The notes: generated from the sequence alone by a model not told the origin. 64,000 nucleotides of DNA from Longimicrobiales bacterium (GCA_965248195.1 CBDFIQ010000002.1:2560001-2624000); one strand, 5' to 3'; positions 48,292-59,723 are shown, numbered from the stretch's first letter. Numbers and translations are program-made.

Positions 48292-49974
48292 CTAGCTGGT
48301 CGTCGCCCCGCTCGCGGCCGACGACACCAGTTTCGCGTACTTCGCCATCACCCCCCGCTTGATCCCCCGATCGATCGGCGTCCACTCCGCCGCCCGACGG
48401 CTCAACTCCTGACCGTCGACATCCACGGTAAGTGTACGTTTTTCGATGTCGAAGGTGATCGCGTCTCCGTCCCGTACCCCCGCGATGGGCCCACCGGCGA
48501 CCGCCTCGGGCGCGACGTGCCCGGCCATTATTCCGTGCGTCGCGCCGGAAAAGCGTCCGTCCGTCATCAAGCCGACTGACTCGCCGAGGCCTGCGCCGGA
48601 CAGGGCGGCGGTAACCGCCAGCATCTCCCTCATCCCTGGTCCGCCGCGCGGCCCTTCACCACGGATCACGACGACGTCTCCCTCCTGGATCTCGCCATTC
48701 TGAACCGCCTCGAACGCAGACTCTTCGCCCTCGAACACACGGGCCGGGCCCTCGTGGAAAGTCCGCGCGGTACCGGCGATTTTCAGCACGCAGCCGTCCG
48801 GCGCGAGGTTGCCGTGGAGCACGACGAGGCCGCCCTGTGGTTTGAGCGGATCGTCGAGCGTCCGCACGACCTCCTGGCTCGGCGCCTCGGTGGCGTCCTC
48901 GACCTCCTCGGCCAGCGTGCGTCCGGTCACGGTCATGGCATCACCGTGCAGGAGCCCCGCCTCTAGAAGGCGTCGTAACACCAGCGCCACGCCGCCGGCC
49001 CGATGAAGGTCGGTCGCCACAAACCGCCCGCCCGGCTTCAGATCGGCGATCAGCGGAGTTCGCGCGCTGATCTCGTCGAAGTCGCGAATCCCTAGTTCCA
49101 CATCGGCCTCGTGCGCCAGGGCAAGGAGATGCAGAACCGAGTTGGTCGATCCTCCGGTCGCCACAGCGGCCGCGATCCCGTTCTCCAGGCTCTCCCTGGT
49201 GATGAGGTCGCACGCCTTCAGCCCGGACTCGACCAACTCCACGGCCAGCCGGCCACACGACCGCGCGACTTCCTCCTTGGCGGGGTCGATCGCGGGAACG
49301 GAGCCACTCCCCATCGGCGACACACCCATGGCCTCGAACACGGTGGCCATGGTGTTGGCCGTGAACTGGCCTCCGCACGCACCGGCGCCCGGACACGCGG
49401 CCCGTTCCAGCGAATCCAACTCCGCTTCCGTGATTCGGCCGGCCGCACAGGCACCGATGCCCTCGAAGACGTCCTGAATCGTGACGTCTTTGCCGTTGTG
49501 ACGACCCGGTTGGATCGAACCCCCATAAAGCATGAGAGACGGGCGATTGAGGCGGGCCATTGCCATCACGGTACCCGGGATGGTCTTGTCACAGCCCGAA
49601 AGTGTCACCACGCCGTCGAAAAAGTACGCCCGTCCCACCAACTCGATGGAGTCCGCCACGACCTCCCGGCTCACGAGAGAGGCAGTCATCCCGGCGGTGC
49701 CCATCGTAATTCCGTCCGACACCGCGATGGTGTTGAACTGAAGGGCGACGCCACCGGCCTCGCGAACGCCCTCTTTGACCCATTCGCCCAGATCTCGAAG
49801 ATGCGCGTTACAGGGCGTCGTGTCGGTCCACGTGTTCGCGATCCCGATCAGTGGGCGACCGAAATCATCATCCTGAAGTCCCACAGCACGGAGCATCGCT
49901 CGGGCCGCCGCCCGGTCGCGCCCGAGAACGAGCTGGTGGCTGATCAAGGGGAGCGTCAACAACCCTTCACTCAC
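48292..49974 (-). CDS. ilvD: Dihydroxy-acid dehydratase
   Basis: [27 protein letters not shown] and TDGRFSG motifs. Confidence 0.97.
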   Translation of the reverse strand: MSEGLLTLPLISHQLVLGRDRAAARAMLRAVGLQDDDFGRPLIGIANTWTDTTPCNAHLRDLGEWVKEGVREAGGVALQFNTIAVSDGITMGTAGMTASLVSREVVADSIELVGRAYFFDGVVTLSGCDKTIPGTVMAMARLNRPSLMLYGGSIQPGRHNGKDVTIQDVFEGIGACAAGRITEAELDSLERAACPGAGACGGQFTANTMATVFEAMGVSPMGSGSVPAIDPAKEEVARSCGRLAVELVESGLKACDLITRESLENGIAAAVATGGSTNSVLHLLALAHEADVELGIRDFDEISARTPLIADLKPGGRFVATDLHRAGGVALVLRRLLEAGLLHGDAMTVTGRTLAEEVEDATEAPSQEVVRTLDDPLKPQGGLVVLHGNLAPDGCVLKIAGTARTFHEGPARVFEGEESAFEAVQNGEIQEGDVVVIRGEGPRGGPGMREMLAVTAALSGAGLGESVGLMTDGRFSGATHGIMAGHVAPEAVAGGPIAGVRDGDAITFDIEKRTLTVDVDGQELSRRAAEWTPIDRGIKRGVMAKYAKLVSSAASGATTS

Positions 49975-50948
49975 AGAACCACCTCGCTCGCAGGGTGTTT
50001 GATGGGCTCGAGCCATCCATACCGATCCGGACGCTCCCCGGTCGCGATCCCGAGATATTCCTTTTGAAGAGACTGGGTGATCGGACCCACCCCACCACCT
50101 CCGACCTCGATTCGGTCGACGCTACGCACCGGGGTGATCTCCGACGCGGTCCCGGTGAAGAACAGTTCGTCGGCGATGTACAACATTTCCCTGGGGATCG
50201 CTTGCTCGCGCGTCGGAATACCGAGGTTCGCAGCTAGCTTGAGGATCGAATCACGCGTGATCCCGTTCAAGAGCGTACCGTCGATCCGTGGCGTGTAGAG
50301 GATGCCGGCGTCGACAACGAAGAGGTTCTGGCCGCTCCCCTCGCTTACGAGCCCGTCGGGGCCGAGACCGATCGCCTCCGCGTACCCGTTCTCCTCCGCC
50401 TCCAACCGCATGAGTTGGCTGATCACGTAGTTTCCACCTGCCTTGGCGAGCGTCGGCAATGTGTTGGGCGCCGGACGCGTCCAGGTCGAAACGCAGACGT
50501 CCACACCCTCCTGGAGGGCCTCCGTCCCCAGATACTGCCCCCAAGGCCAACAGAGGATGTAGGTCTCGACCGGGCTCTTTCCGGGATGCAGTCCCAGCGC
50601 TCCGAGGCCCCGGAGAGCCACCGGGCGAAGATATCCCGCCCCCAAGCCGTTTCGATTCACGACTTCCCGGCATGCGTCGGCGAGCTCATCTAAGCTCAGC
50701 TCAAGGTCCATTCGGTAGATGCGCGCTGAATTCGAGAAGCGCCGCATGTGGTCGGAGAGCCGGAAAGCGGCCGGTCCATGCGGCGTGTCGTAGAACCGGA
50801 TGCCCTCGAAGACGGAGGATCCGTAGTGTACCACGTGGCTCATCACATGGATTTGCGCGTCGTCCCATGGGATGATCTCGCCGTTGTGCCAGATCCACTC
50901 CGTGCGTTCAGGAAGTTCGTTGGCCTTCCCCCGCTGCCCCTTACTCAT
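49971..50948 (-). CDS. ilvE: Branched-chain amino acid aminotransferase
   Basis: [22 protein letters not shown] and GITR motifs. Confidence 0.96.
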   Translation of the reverse strand: MSKGQRGKANELPERTEWIWHNGEIIPWDDAQIHVMSHVVHYGSSVFEGIRFYDTPHGPAAFRLSDHMRRFSNSARIYRMDLELSLDELADACREVVNRNGLGAGYLRPVALRGLGALGLHPGKSPVETYILCWPWGQYLGTEALQEGVDVCVSTWTRPAPNTLPTLAKAGGNYVISQLMRLEAEENGYAEAIGLGPDGLVSEGSGQNLFVVDAGILYTPRIDGTLLNGITRDSILKLAANLGIPTREQAIPREMLYIADELFFTGTASEITPVRSVDRIEVGGGGVGPITQSLQKEYLGIATGERPDRYGWLEPIKHPASEVVL

Positions 50949-51949
50949 AGCCAGGACATGCGCCCGCGAAGCGCATCCCCCGTGGTTTCGAGGATGTGGG
51001 CGCGTTCCTCCTGCCGGCGGCGCTCGAAGTTCGGCGCACCACAACGCGCCTCCTCGATCCATTTCTTGGCAAAGGCGCCGGATTGGATCTCGTCGAGAAC
51101 CTCTCGCATGGCCGTTCGGCTGGCCTCTCCAATCACACGGCGACCACTTACGTAATCCCCCCACTCGGCGGTGTCGCTGATCTCGGCCCGCATCCCCGAG
51201 AGTCCCTTCGCGTACGCGAGATCGATGATCAGCTTCATTTCGTGCAGGCACTCGAAGTAGGCGAGACGCGGATCGTACCCCGCGTCGACCAGAGTCTCGA
51301 ATCCGGCTTTGACGAGCTCGCTGAGGCCACCACACAACACCGCCTGCTCGCCGAAGAGATCCGTTTCGGTCTCCGCACCGAACGTCGTCTGTAGAACACC
51401 CGTACGCGTGGAACCGAGCCCAGCCGCATACGCCAACGCGAAGTCGAGAGCCTTCCCGCTCGCGTCGTGATGCACGCCAACGAGCGCGGGAACGCCGCGA
51501 CCGGCCACGTACTCCGCCCGGACCATCTGTCCGGGTGACTTCGGCGCGATCAGAACCGTATCGACACCCTTGGGTGGATCGATCTCGCCGTAGTGGATAT
51601 TGAATCCGTGCGCGAACGCAAGGATGTCTCCGTCGGATAGGTTCGGCTCCACCTCGGTGTGATAAACAGCAGCCTGCTTCGTATCCGGAATCAGGAGCGC
51701 CACCACGTCGGCCCACGCGGCCGCCTCGGCCACCGTCTTCACTTCGAACCCCTGCTCGCGAGCCGCATCAGCGGATGGGCTGCCCTCGTAGAGTCCCACG
51801 ACCACGGACACGCCACTGTCACGCAGATTCAGTGCATGGGCGTGCCCCTGACTCCCGAACCCGATGATCGCGACCCGTCGGTCGGCGAGAAGGGAGGGGT
51901 CCGCGTCAGCGGCCTCGAAGAATCGGGCTGTCTCCACCTGTTCACTCAT
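50945..51949 (-). CDS. ilvC: Ketol-acid reductoisomerase
   Basis: GFGSQGHAHA and ETDLFGEQAVLCGG motifs. Confidence 0.97.
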   Translation of the reverse strand: MSEQVETARFFEAADADPSLLADRRVAIIGFGSQGHAHALNLRDSGVSVVVGLYEGSPSADAAREQGFEVKTVAEAAAWADVVALLIPDTKQAAVYHTEVEPNLSDGDILAFAHGFNIHYGEIDPPKGVDTVLIAPKSPGQMVRAEYVAGRGVPALVGVHHDASGKALDFALAYAAGLGSTRTGVLQTTFGAETETDLFGEQAVLCGGLSELVKAGFETLVDAGYDPRLAYFECLHEMKLIIDLAYAKGLSGMRAEISDTAEWGDYVSGRRVIGEASRTAMREVLDEIQSGAFAKKWIEEARCGAPNFERRRQEERAHILETTGDALRGRMSWL

Positions 51950-52035
51950 GGTGTCATCCTCAGGTCAACTTGAGTTTCAAAGTCAGTAATTCTGTAAGCT
52001 CTGCGCCCCCAGATGGCAACGGCGTGTCGTAATGT

Positions 52036-52077
52036 AAACAAAGAGAAGCGGACCCTCCCGATCCCGAGAGGGTCCGC
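52036..52077 (-). terminator. Attenuator terminator upstream of ilvC
   Basis: Minus strand GCGGACCCTC...GAGGGTCCGC followed by TTCTCTTTGTTT. Confidence 0.8.
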
Positions 52078-52104
52078 CGTGTCACTCTTGCCTCTGCGTC
52101 CGGG

Positions 52105-52212
52105 CTAGGTCACTCCGGGCGAGGCGCACGCGGGCCCTCTCTCGACGAACTCAACCACGAGCCCGTCGAGCCCAATAACGCTGACCACGACCCTCGGCAT
52201 GCGACTGGCCAT
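52105..52212 (-). CDS. Val/Ile/Leu-rich leader peptide of the ilv operon
   Basis: MASRMPRVVVSVIGLDGLVVEFVERGPACASPGVT, upstream of a terminator/antiterminator pair. Confidence 0.75.
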   Translation of the reverse strand: MASRMPRVVVSVIGLDGLVVEFVERGPACASPGVT

Positions 52213-52341
52213 CAAGTGCCCATCCTTCGGTTGTACTTGTACTTCTTGCGTCCATTCCTCATCGCGGACGCGAACCCGCCAAGAAACCATCTCACGCTTG
52301 GGAAGTCAAGAGAGGAACTCTCGATCAAGCGGAATCTTCGA

Positions 52342-53922
52342 TCAATAGACTCGAACCCGACTCTGTTCCCGCATGAACTGCTGCAGATAGTGCGGGCCAC
52401 CCGCCCCTGCCCCGGTCGACGCGCTGCCCTTCCACCCGCCGAACGGGTTGATGCCCGGCCACGCACCGGCCGTCGCGCCTGCTCGACGGTTCACGTAGAT
52501 GGTTCCGGCCTCTATTCCGTCGAAAAACCCCTGAACCTCCGCCTCGTCCTCAGTGAAGATTCCAGCCGTCAGCCCATATTCCGTCTCGTTCGCAAGCTCC
52601 AAAGCCTGTTCGAGGTCGTCGACCTCGCCGATCAGGGTGATCGGGAGGAAGAGCTCCGTATGGAACAACTCGTGATCGAGCGCGAGGCCGTCGATCACCG
52701 TCGGCTCCACGTAGAACCCACGGTCGAACAGACCTCCGGACAGACGCTCGCCGCCGGTCAGGACCGCCCCACCGTCGTCCACGGCCTGGGCGATGGCCGT
52801 ACGATAGCGGTCATACGCGGTCTCGCTGATCACAGGTCCCAGCCACACATCCTTCTCCAACGGATTCCCGATACGGACGTTCAGGGTCTTTTCGACCAGC
52901 GCCTCGGTAAACGCTTCGCGGACGTTACTCTCCACATAAACACGCGAGCACGCAGAGCACTTCTGTCCTTGGAGGCCAAAGGCGGACGCCTTCACGCCAT
53001 CCGCGGCCTTGTCCAGATCGGCCGACCGCATGACGAGGGCTGGATTCTTTCCACCCATTTCCGCTATGAAAGGCCGGGGCAAGGCGCGTTTCGTATCCTC
53101 CCGCATGAGCTGCATTCCCACCTGGTAGGAACCGGTGAAGACGACGCCATCTATCCCGGGGCCCAGCGCCAGCTCTCGCGATACGGTCTCGTTGCCTCCG
53201 GTAACTAGGTTGAACGCCCCCGGGGGCAGATCGCTCTCTGCGATGATCTCGGCGAGACGAGACACGGCGAGCGGAGTGATCGGCGACGGCTTGGCTACAA
53301 CCGTGTTACCCGTCACGAGCGCAGCGGCCACCGGCCCGGCCGTCAACGCCATGGGAAAATTGAAGGGGGAGAGCACCGCCCAAACCCCGTACGGGCGGAG
53401 CACACTCAGGTTCATCTGCTCATCGCCCGACCCGACCATGGGTGTAACGAACCCGACATGCTCTTCCATACGGTCACAGTAATAATCAACGAAATCCGAA
53501 CACTCCTCGACTTCTCCTACGCACTCGAGTCGGTTCTTCCCGACCTCGTAGCCCAGAATGACGGATAGCTCCCAGCGGTGCTCCCGAATGGCCTCCGCAA
53601 CGCCGCGCATCCGGGCCACGCGTTCCTGCCACGGAAGGCGACTCCACCCCGGGAGCGCCCGCCGCGCGGCGGCTACCGCGTTCTGCACATGCTGTGTTGT
53701 ACCGCTCTGGAATCGGCCCAGGACGATCCGATCGTCTATGGGACTACGGTCTTCGAATTGTTCATCGGCCACCACGCGATCCTTGCCGATAATCATGGGG
53801 TGCTCGCCCCCGAAGGAGTCGGGGGCCCGTTCGACTGCCGCGTCGAGCGCCCCGTGAACCTCGTCGAGGTCCTCTCCACCCAGGGTCGCATAGGTAATCT
53901 TCGTAGCGGTCGTCTGGCCCAT
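52342..53922 (-). CDS. Aldehyde dehydrogenase, P5C-dehydrogenase-like
   Basis: SPFNFP, FTGS, AEMGGKN, GQKCSACSR and ELFLP motifs. Confidence 0.88.
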   Translation of the reverse strand: MGQTTATKITYATLGGEDLDEVHGALDAAVERAPDSFGGEHPMIIGKDRVVADEQFEDRSPIDDRIVLGRFQSGTTQHVQNAVAAARRALPGWSRLPWQERVARMRGVAEAIREHRWELSVILGYEVGKNRLECVGEVEECSDFVDYYCDRMEEHVGFVTPMVGSGDEQMNLSVLRPYGVWAVLSPFNFPMALTAGPVAAALVTGNTVVAKPSPITPLAVSRLAEIIAESDLPPGAFNLVTGGNETVSRELALGPGIDGVVFTGSYQVGMQLMREDTKRALPRPFIAEMGGKNPALVMRSADLDKAADGVKASAFGLQGQKCSACSRVYVESNVREAFTEALVEKTLNVRIGNPLEKDVWLGPVISETAYDRYRTAIAQAVDDGGAVLTGGERLSGGLFDRGFYVEPTVIDGLALDHELFHTELFLPITLIGEVDDLEQALELANETEYGLTAGIFTEDEAEVQGFFDGIEAGTIYVNRRAGATAGAWPGINPFGGWKGSASTGAGAGGPHYLQQFMREQSRVRVY

Positions 53923-54120
53923 AGGGTGCTCTCCACCGCGTTTTGAATTGGGATACTATTTCAATTTCGAAGAACCGGACCCCGAAGGGAACTGAGGGGC
54001 CCTCACGAGTGTGCACCCGAGTCAGACGCAAACCCCCGAGGGCCTCCAACTGGGCTATATTCCTCGTGCCTGAGGGCGACTGGCGTTTCCGGTTTCGAGG
54101 CGTATTGTGTTGGCCGAGAG

Positions 54121-54753
54121 CTAATCGGGGTGTTGTAGGTCAAAGACGCCGGCAGCGGCTACACCCCCGAGGAGGGGGCCAACCCAATAGATCCACAGCT
54201 GGTCGAAGGCCCCACCGCCCGCGAGCGCATCGACAAGGATGGGTCCGGTTCCGACGGCCGGATTAAAAACGCCCCCCGAGATGCCCCCGACGGCGAAGGC
54301 ACCCGCCATGACCGTGAACCCGATGGCTAGGCCGTAGTAGGAGTTTCCGGCTGTGGCATCGTCGGTCGCCACATTCAAAACGACGAGAGACAAAGCGAAA
54401 GTGAACAGACTCTCAGCCAGAAGAACCGTAACGAGACCAGCCTCTGGAGCCGGTGCAGGAGCGAAGGTATCCTGCAGGATGATCCACGCGGCCAGACTCG
54501 CCAGAATCGCGCCACCAATTTGTGCGAGCACGTACGGAACCAGATCGCGGGCCTCCATTTTCCCCCGAATCAGAATCGCTACGCTCACGGCGGGGTTATA
54601 GTGCGCCCCGGAGATATGTCCCCCCATGTACACCATCACCATCAACACCGAGCCGATAGCAATAGGGGCCATGGGGGTACCGTTCATTACCGTCAACCCG
54701 ATGGTGAGGACCAGAAAGAAGGTCCCTACGAACTCGGTCACGTATCGGCTCAT
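54121..54753 (-). CDS. MIP/aquaporin family channel
   Basis: Two NPA motifs (SGAHYNPAV, GGVFNPAV). Confidence 0.93.
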   Translation of the reverse strand: MSRYVTEFVGTFFLVLTIGLTVMNGTPMAPIAIGSVLMVMVYMGGHISGAHYNPAVSVAILIRGKMEARDLVPYVLAQIGGAILASLAAWIILQDTFAPAPAPEAGLVTVLLAESLFTFALSLVVLNVATDDATAGNSYYGLAIGFTVMAGAFAVGGISGGVFNPAVGTGPILVDALAGGGAFDQLWIYWVGPLLGGVAAAGVFDLQHPD

Positions 54754-54927
54754 GATGAGTAGACTCCGATCCTTTCGTTTTCACACACTAGCGGATGATT
54801 CTGGCTCGATGCCGGAACCTCACCCCTCGCTCCACGACCCCCGGCGGTTCGTGACGCAGTTTGCGGACCGGCAGCGCACCCGGCAAGCTCTAGGCGGCTC
54901 GCCGCACTTCTCCAACAGGCCTCTAGC

Positions 54928-57402
54928 ATGAGCACTCCTTCCGCTCGTCCGTCGGTAGGACTGCACGTCCTGAAGTTCGGGGGCACCTCCCTGGGAACCT
55001 CGGAGCTGGTACGGGAGGTGGCGTCAATCATCGTCGCCCAAGCCGAAAAGGGTCCAACCATCGCGGTGGTCTCGGCGCTCGGCCATGTCACCGACGAATT
55101 GGTCACCGCATCGGAGTTGGCGAAGGCGGGAGACAAGCGTTATGCCGCCAAGTTGGAGGAGCTCCGCCAGCTCCACCTGGAGAGCGTCAAGGATCTCACG
55201 GGGCCCGAGGACCAGAGTCGCGTCGCCAAGTCGGTCGACGTCATCCTGACCCGCCTGGAGGAACTTCTTCAAGGTGTCTTGCTCGTCAAGGAGTGCACTG
55301 CGCGCACCCAGGATGGTGTTTTGAGTGTAGGAGAGCGGCTTTCCACGCTCCTCGTGGCCGCAGCCGTTCGCGCAGAAGGTACCGACGCGGAGGCGTGCGA
55401 CACCACGAGTCTCATCGTGACCGACACGAACTTCGGCTCGGCATCGGTGCAATTGGCGCCCACACGGGAGCGTGTGGTGCCGTACTTCGAGCAGGCCGAC
55501 TCCCTTCAGATCGTGACCGGCTTCATCGGCGGGACGGCCGCGGGCGAGACCACGACTCTTGGCCGAGGCGGGTCGGATTACACGGCCACACTGCTCGGCG
55601 CGATCCTCGACGCCGAAGCGGTGGAGATCTGGACCGACGTAAACGGAGTCATGAGCGCCGATCCCCGCATCGTACAGGAGGCTTTTTCCCTGGAGAGCCT
55701 CAGCTATGACGAGCTCATGGAGCTCTCCCATTGGGGGGCCAAGGTGATGCACCCGGCGGCCGTACAGCCCGCCAGGGAGAAGGGCCTTCCAGTCCTCATT
55801 CGTAACACGCTGAACCGCGAATTCGAAGGCACCGAGGTGCGAGGGGGCGCTCCCACCCAACAGGGATTTCCCGTCAGAGGCATCGCTTCGATCAACAACG
55901 TCTCCCTGCTCCGGCTCGAAGGCATCGGCCTCCAGGGCGCCCCGGGGACCGCCGAGCGCCTGTTCGGCGCCCTGGCTCGCGAGCGCATCAGCGTCATACT
56001 CATCACTCAGGCATCGAGTGAGCGCTCCATCTGCTTCGCCGTCGAGCCGGGCAAGCTGGAGCAGGCCGTCGTGGTGATCCATGACGAGTTCGCGTTGGAA
56101 CGCCAGGCCGACCTCGTGGAGGATCTGGTGGTGGAGGAGCGCTGTTCGATCCTGGCAGCCGTAGGAGACGCCATGCGGGATTCGCCGGGGATTGCCGGCC
56201 GGATCTTCGATGTACTCGGCCACCACCGCGTCAACGTGCGAGCCATCGCCCAGGGCAGTTCAGAGCTCAACATTTCCTTCGTTGTTACGCAGGACGATGA
56301 GGAGCGGGCGTTGCGAGCTATCCACCGCGCCCTGTTCCGGCCGCCGGGACGGAGTCTACGGCTCTATGTGACGGGCGTGGGTCGGGTCGGGGCCGCGTTG
56401 TTGGACCAAATCGACGCGCAAATCGAAAGGCTGCGCACGGATGGGGTGGAAGTGGTTCTTGCCGGGCTTGGCCGAAGCAAGGGGGCCGCCCTCGACCCCA
56501 CGGGGCTGGACCTGAGCGATTGGCGCGGCGCGAGTGAAGCGGAACTGACCACCGGGGCGGACTTGGTCGAGAGCGCGGCTCGCTCCGATCACCCGTGCCG
56601 CGTCTTCGTCGACGCCACGGCAAGCTCGGAGGTGGACGAGAATTACGAATTCCTCCTCAGAGCGGGGGTCGCGGTCGTGAGCGCCAACAAGCTCGCGTTT
56701 TCGGGCGGCGGGGAGCGGTTCGAAACACTTCAACGCCTTGGAGCGCGAGGGAGGGGCCTTTTCTTCGAGACTACCGTCGGAGCGGGGCTCCCGATACTCA
56801 AGACCATCGAAGACCTGGTTGCAACCGGCGATGAGATCGAGCGGGTCGAGGGGGTTCTTTCGGGAACGCTGGGATTCATCAGCGACCGCTTGATGGCCGG
56901 AACACCGTTCAGCGAGGCGCTCAAGGAGGCCGATGACCTCGGCTTCACGGAGCCGGATCCGCGCGAGGATCTGGGCGGGCACGATGTGGCCCGGAAGCTC
57001 GTGATTCTTGGACGGATGGCGGGATTTTCCTTCGAGCTGGACGATGTAGAAATAGAACCACTTCTGCCTGGCGAGGGATGGGCGGACATGAAAGTAGACG
57101 AGTTCTGGAAGCGCCTCCCGGAGGTGGATGCCCACTTCGCGGAGCAGCGGGAACAGGCCATGGCAGCGGGCCAAGCCCTGCGCTACCTAGCATCTGTCGT
57201 TGACGGGCAGGCCTCCGTTCGCATGACCGAGGTCCCGCCTGGCCATCCCTGCGCGAGCCTCTCCGACAGCGAAAACCTGGTGACCATCACCTCAACGCGT
57301 TATGCGAATACACCCTTGGTCGTCCGAGGGCCGGGTGCAGGGCCGGACGTGACGGCCGCCGGGGTGTTCGCGGACATTCTGAGAGCGCTGGCGGAGTCCT
57401 GA
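54928..57402 (+). CDS. thrA: Bifunctional aspartokinase/homoserine dehydrogenase
   Basis: KFGGTS, LGRGGSDY, two ACT domains, ETTVGAGLP and EPDPREDL motifs. Confidence 0.95.
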   Translation: MSTPSARPSVGLHVLKFGGTSLGTSELVREVASIIVAQAEKGPTIAVVSALGHVTDELVTASELAKAGDKRYAAKLEELRQLHLESVKDLTGPEDQSRVAKSVDVILTRLEELLQGVLLVKECTARTQDGVLSVGERLSTLLVAAAVRAEGTDAEACDTTSLIVTDTNFGSASVQLAPTRERVVPYFEQADSLQIVTGFIGGTAAGETTTLGRGGSDYTATLLGAILDAEAVEIWTDVNGVMSADPRIVQEAFSLESLSYDELMELSHWGAKVMHPAAVQPAREKGLPVLIRNTLNREFEGTEVRGGAPTQQGFPVRGIASINNVSLLRLEGIGLQGAPGTAERLFGALARERISVILITQASSERSICFAVEPGKLEQAVVVIHDEFALERQADLVEDLVVEERCSILAAVGDAMRDSPGIAGRIFDVLGHHRVNVRAIAQGSSELNISFVVTQDDEERALRAIHRALFRPPGRSLRLYVTGVGRVGAALLDQIDAQIERLRTDGVEVVLAGLGRSKGAALDPTGLDLSDWRGASEAELTTGADLVESAARSDHPCRVFVDATASSEVDENYEFLLRAGVAVVSANKLAFSGGGERFETLQRLGARGRGLFFETTVGAGLPILKTIEDLVATGDEIERVEGVLSGTLGFISDRLMAGTPFSEALKEADDLGFTEPDPREDLGGHDVARKLVILGRMAGFSFELDDVEIEPLLPGEGWADMKVDEFWKRLPEVDAHFAEQREQAMAAGQALRYLASVVDGQASVRMTEVPPGHPCASLSDSENLVTITSTRYANTPLVVRGPGAGPDVTAAGVFADILRALAES

Positions 57403-58355
57403 TGTCCAACACCACGACGGCTCGCGCATTTGCGCCCGCCACCGTCGGCAACGTCATCTGTGGCTTCGATATCTTCGGCCTCGCCTTGGGGGAGCCCGGA
57501 GACGAGGTGGAAGCCAGAGTGCGGAATGAGCCCGGCGTGGTGATTTCGGCAGTGCACGGCGATGGGGGACGCCTGCCGACCGAGGCGGCACGGAACGTAG
57601 CCGGCGTCGCCACGATCGCGGTCTTGGCAGAAAGTGATATGGAAGACGTCGGCATCGAGATCGAGCTCTGGAAGGGCCTGCCCATTTCCGGCGGCATGGG
57701 CGGCAGCGCGGCGAGTGCGGTAGCTGCGGTGGTCGCCGCGGATTCGCTCCTCCAAACAAACCTGTCGCCAGAGGCGCTACTCCGGTGCGCCTCGGAGGGT
57801 GAGCGTGGCCCAAAGGGAGACACCCACCCGGACAACATCGCCCCGGCGCTGCACGGGGGTATCGTTATGGTTCGGCCCGAGGAGCCCGGGATCGCCATTC
57901 CGCTCCCCGTTCCTGCCGGGCTCTCGGTGGCGCTGGTCCATCCCGATCTGGAGCTCGAGACGAACGATATGCGGGGCATCCTATCCGACGTGCTCCCACT
58001 GACCCAAGCCGTGAGGCAGTGGGCGGACTGTTCGGCCTTGGTCGTGGGGCTGTACGAGGCGGACTGGGATCTCATCGCGCGCGCACTCGTAGACCGCGTC
58101 GCGGAGCCGCACAGGAGTCGATTCATTCCCGGGTTCGATGCCGTCCGCACGGCCGGCCTCGAGGCCGGCGCGCTCGGCGCCGGCTTGTCCGGTGCGGGAC
58201 CGTCGATGTTCGCGCTCTGCCAGACGAGCGCCGACGCCCGGTCCGTCGCCGCGGCCATGGCCAACGCTTTCGCAGAAGTGGGCCTCGAGGGAGCCGATAC
58301 CCATGTTTCCGAGGTGGCCAACACCGGCGCCCACGTGATCGAGACTCCGGCTTGA
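57402..58355 (+). CDS. thrB: Homoserine kinase
   Basis: PATVGN, GMGGSAAS, HPDN and SGAGPS motifs. Confidence 0.95.
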   Translation: MSNTTTARAFAPATVGNVICGFDIFGLALGEPGDEVEARVRNEPGVVISAVHGDGGRLPTEAARNVAGVATIAVLAESDMEDVGIEIELWKGLPISGGMGGSAASAVAAVVAADSLLQTNLSPEALLRCASEGERGPKGDTHPDNIAPALHGGIVMVRPEEPGIAIPLPVPAGLSVALVHPDLELETNDMRGILSDVLPLTQAVRQWADCSALVVGLYEADWDLIARALVDRVAEPHRSRFIPGFDAVRTAGLEAGALGAGLSGAGPSMFALCQTSADARSVAAAMANAFAEVGLEGADTHVSEVANTGAHVIETPA

Positions 58356-59698
58356 GGTTCGTCAGCACAGGCGGGAAGAGCCCCCCCGCCGACCTTGGCA
58401 CCGCACTCACTCGAGGACTCGCACCGGACGGGGGGCTTTACCTGCCGGAGCGGATGGACTCGATCGACGCCTCGATTCTGGCGGGGTTACGCGGCCGATC
58501 CTTCTCAGTCGTCTCGCGCGCGGTGGCGCGACACCTCCTCGGCTCGACGATCCCCCCGGCTGATCTCGACCGCATCGTCGATGCTGCACTAAATTTTGCG
58601 GTTCCGCTGGTCGCCCTGAGCGATGTCGGGTCTAGAAGCGATGATGGGTCTGCGGACGATGATGGGTCTCTGGATGACCTGTACCTGACCGAGCTCTTTC
58701 ATGGCCCGACCCTGGCCTTCAAGGACGTCGGCGCACGTTTCATGGCGCAGCTCCTCGGCTACCTGGGCGGCGAGGGCGGGGCCCCGCTCACCATTCTCGC
58801 GGCCACGTCGGGTGATACCGGGAGCGCGGTCGCCCAGGCCTTCTTCGGCGTACCGGACATACGCACCGTGATCCTGTTTCCCAAGGGCAAAGTCACGCCC
58901 CTCCAGGAACGGCAGTTCACGACGCTCGGAGGAAACGTGCGCGTGCTCGAGGTCGACGGCACGTTCGACGACTGCCAACGCCTGGTAAAGTCCGCATTTT
59001 CGGACTCGCTCCTTGGCGACGAGGTCCGCCTCAGCTCGGCGAACTCGATCAATATCGGCCGCCTACTTCCGCAGATCTTTTATTACGTCCACGCTGCGGC
59101 GCAGTTGCCTGCGGGATCGGTTCCACTGTTTTCGGTTCCGTCCGGAAACTTCGGCAACCTTACGGCTGGGTTGATGGCCAAGAGGCTCGGCATGGAGTGC
59201 CGGGGATTCGTCGCGGTGACCAACGTGAACGACGTGGTACCGGAGTATTTGCGGACCGGGGTGGTCCGTCCCCGCCCCTCCACTCCTACCATCTCGAACG
59301 CCATGGACGTCGGGGATCCGAGCAACCTTGCGCGTATCCTTGCCCTTTATGACGGGGACGTCGATCGCCTTCGGGCAGACGTGATCGGAAGTGTTCACGA
59401 CGACGACGAGACACGGGATTGTATCGCGCAGGTGTACCGGAGAACGGGTTACGTCCTGGACCCGCACTCGGCGGTGGGTTACCTGGGCGTCGAGGCGGGG
59501 CGCCGAGCCTTCGGTGAGGGACCCTGTGTGGTGCTCTGCACGGCCCATCCGGCAAAGTTCCGCGACGCGGTGGAGTCGGCGATCGGCATCGACGTCCCGA
59601 TACCCGAAAGGCTCTCGGCGTGTCTACAGGCGGAGCGTCACGTGACGCCGATCCCTCCGGAGATGTCCGCTCTCAGGGACTTCTTGCTCGAGGAGTGA
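58352..59698 (+). CDS. thrC: Threonine synthase
   Basis: GLAPDGGL, HGPTLAFKD, TSGDTG and PSGNFGN motifs; TTG start overlapping the thrB stop. Confidence 0.95.
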   Translation: MRFVSTGGKSPPADLGTALTRGLAPDGGLYLPERMDSIDASILAGLRGRSFSVVSRAVARHLLGSTIPPADLDRIVDAALNFAVPLVALSDVGSRSDDGSADDDGSLDDLYLTELFHGPTLAFKDVGARFMAQLLGYLGGEGGAPLTILAATSGDTGSAVAQAFFGVPDIRTVILFPKGKVTPLQERQFTTLGGNVRVLEVDGTFDDCQRLVKSAFSDSLLGDEVRLSSANSINIGRLLPQIFYYVHAAAQLPAGSVPLFSVPSGNFGNLTAGLMAKRLGMECRGFVAVTNVNDVVPEYLRTGVVRPRPSTPTISNAMDVGDPSNLARILALYDGDVDRLRADVIGSVHDDDETRDCIAQVYRRTGYVLDPHSAVGYLGVEAGRRAFGEGPCVVLCTAHPAKFRDAVESAIGIDVPIPERLSACLQAERHVTPIPPEMSALRDFLLEE

Positions 59699-59723
59699 CG
59701 TGCTAAGCGCAGTCCGCCAGTCC

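Noticed and set aside
54754..54927. thrL-type attenuator before thrA
   Set aside because: No Thr/Ile-rich leader and no U-tailed terminator visible
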